Assembly: GCA_005518205.2 (NCBI GenBank)
Contig: RFFC02000018.1
Span: 25,598-57,597, forward strand
DNA: 32,000 nucleotides
Direction of reading: 5' to 3'
Source of the DNA: Hormoscilla sp. GUM202
GTDB lineage: Bacteria; Cyanobacteriota; Cyanobacteriia; Cyanobacteriales; Desertifilaceae
Made by a program: the position numbers and the translations under genes. Below the pieces are notes generated by a model. The model made no database searches. It was not told the origin of the DNA and saw only the letters and a program-made list of their open reading frames with translations. Below are positions 31,214-32,000 of the stretch, piece by piece; the stretch's first letter is position 1; each line of letters opens with the position of its first letter.

Positions 31214-31372
31214 ATCTGCGCATTTTTCTCTCTGTTTCCCTCTCTTCGGTTCATCTATTCTATCCTTTCTTTCTCTAACTGATGACACGCCCTAGCAAGC
31301 TTTGCCCGGGAAATATTCTAGACAATTTCCCCTTCAATGTCTCCGGAGAGCCCATTTTGGTATTATTTTTAT

Positions 31373-31488
31373 TTTTTGTATTATAAAACCGGGCGATCGC
31401 CTCTCGTAAATACTACGAAGTAACTCGCATAATTCACATTTTTTGTATTATTTATGCTTTTTGTATTATAGAGCCAGGGGAGCGCCTC
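31373..31488 (+). repeat. direct repeats beginning TTTTTGTATTAT
   Basis: TTTTTGTATTATAAAACCGGGCGATCGCCTC (31373-31403) and TTTTTGTATTATAGAGCCAGGGGAGCGCCTC (31458-31488), plus a short copy TTTTTGTATTAT at about 31439-31451. Confidence 0.6.
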
Positions 31489-32000
31489 CATTTCATATTG
31501 CCTCGTATAGTTGAGTTCAGCCAGGGATCATCCTTTGAAATAGTCAGAGTTTTACCTTTCCAAAACCCAACTGGTGCAAGACCACACCCGTCAGCGATCG
31601 GCGATCGCTGAAAAGTGCAGCTAAGGGCAATAGCCTATCTTCTCAACTGGCGATAGTGGGGAGATGCCTTCAGAAAGCCGCCAAAAGTGGAGGAGATGCC
31701 GATTTTTCGGGAGCTAAAATGACTTCTCCCTTCCGGGAAGCGGCAAAACCTCAAAGCTTTTATCAACCAGTTTTGACCGCACCCTTGCGAGGGGGGGATA
31801 TAAGTCTTGACGCCAAGGAAGTTTGGGTAGAGAGTGGAATGTATGCTCAACAGAAAACTGTCGAAGAGATAGCCTCAGAAAAAGGGGGTGCGATCGGAAT
31901 CCAATATCGAGCCGCTAAAATCAGGCAATCATCGGGGCTTGACTCCTAGAGGCGGACTCGGAGATAGTCAGATAAGATAAGTAGACGTAACCAGATGCGA

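Noticed and set aside
31635-31949. Overlapping ORFs 31656-31949 (+) and 31635-31850 (-). I also considered a riboswitch-like element around 31660-31760.
   Set aside because: I recognised no motif or RNA family. The two ORFs shadow each other and the window ends soon after. The region is left unannotated rather than guessed.

Overview
This is a chromosomal segment of a cyanobacterium. The call rests on GCGATCGC (HIP1) palindromes throughout, heptameric STRR-type tandem repeats and the gene content; a filamentous Oscillatoriales-like host is only an inference. Housekeeping genes are interleaved with mobile DNA. The housekeeping set is a SAM-hydrolase-family gene, two dihydroorotase paralogs, lepB, a tandem histidine phosphatase, a CPBP protease, a Cu-ATPase, an FHA protein and tmk-holB. 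The mobile DNA is an internally deleted TnpB relic, a complete 1311-bp ISKra4-like IS with an 8-bp target duplication, a frameshifted IS1634-like transposase, an IS630 copy and an IS5 fragment. There is also an apparently intact IscB RNA-guided nuclease, preceded by a structured region of about 220 nt that fits its omega RNA (HEARO class). The most unusual property is a dense, nested population of 15-130-nt hairpin micro-repeats. The main family has a conserved 16-nt loop, AGCGCTAnTCGCACTA, with arms that differ between copies but stay complementary. Other modules include CGATATCT..., GTTCCCAGG..., and GTCCC-CAGAG-GGGGAC. These repeats lie between genes and also inside at least five conserved ORFs without breaking the frame (Cu-ATPase, holB, dihydroorotase-like gene, phosphatase, Hpt protein). 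They donate C-termini or stop codons to other genes and frameshift two dispensable genes (mazF, DUF4377-like). Three paralogous PD-(D/E)xK-like genes, a Uma2 nuclease and a decayed mazEF module are also present. All coordinates of repeats were indexed by eye and may be off by a few nt.
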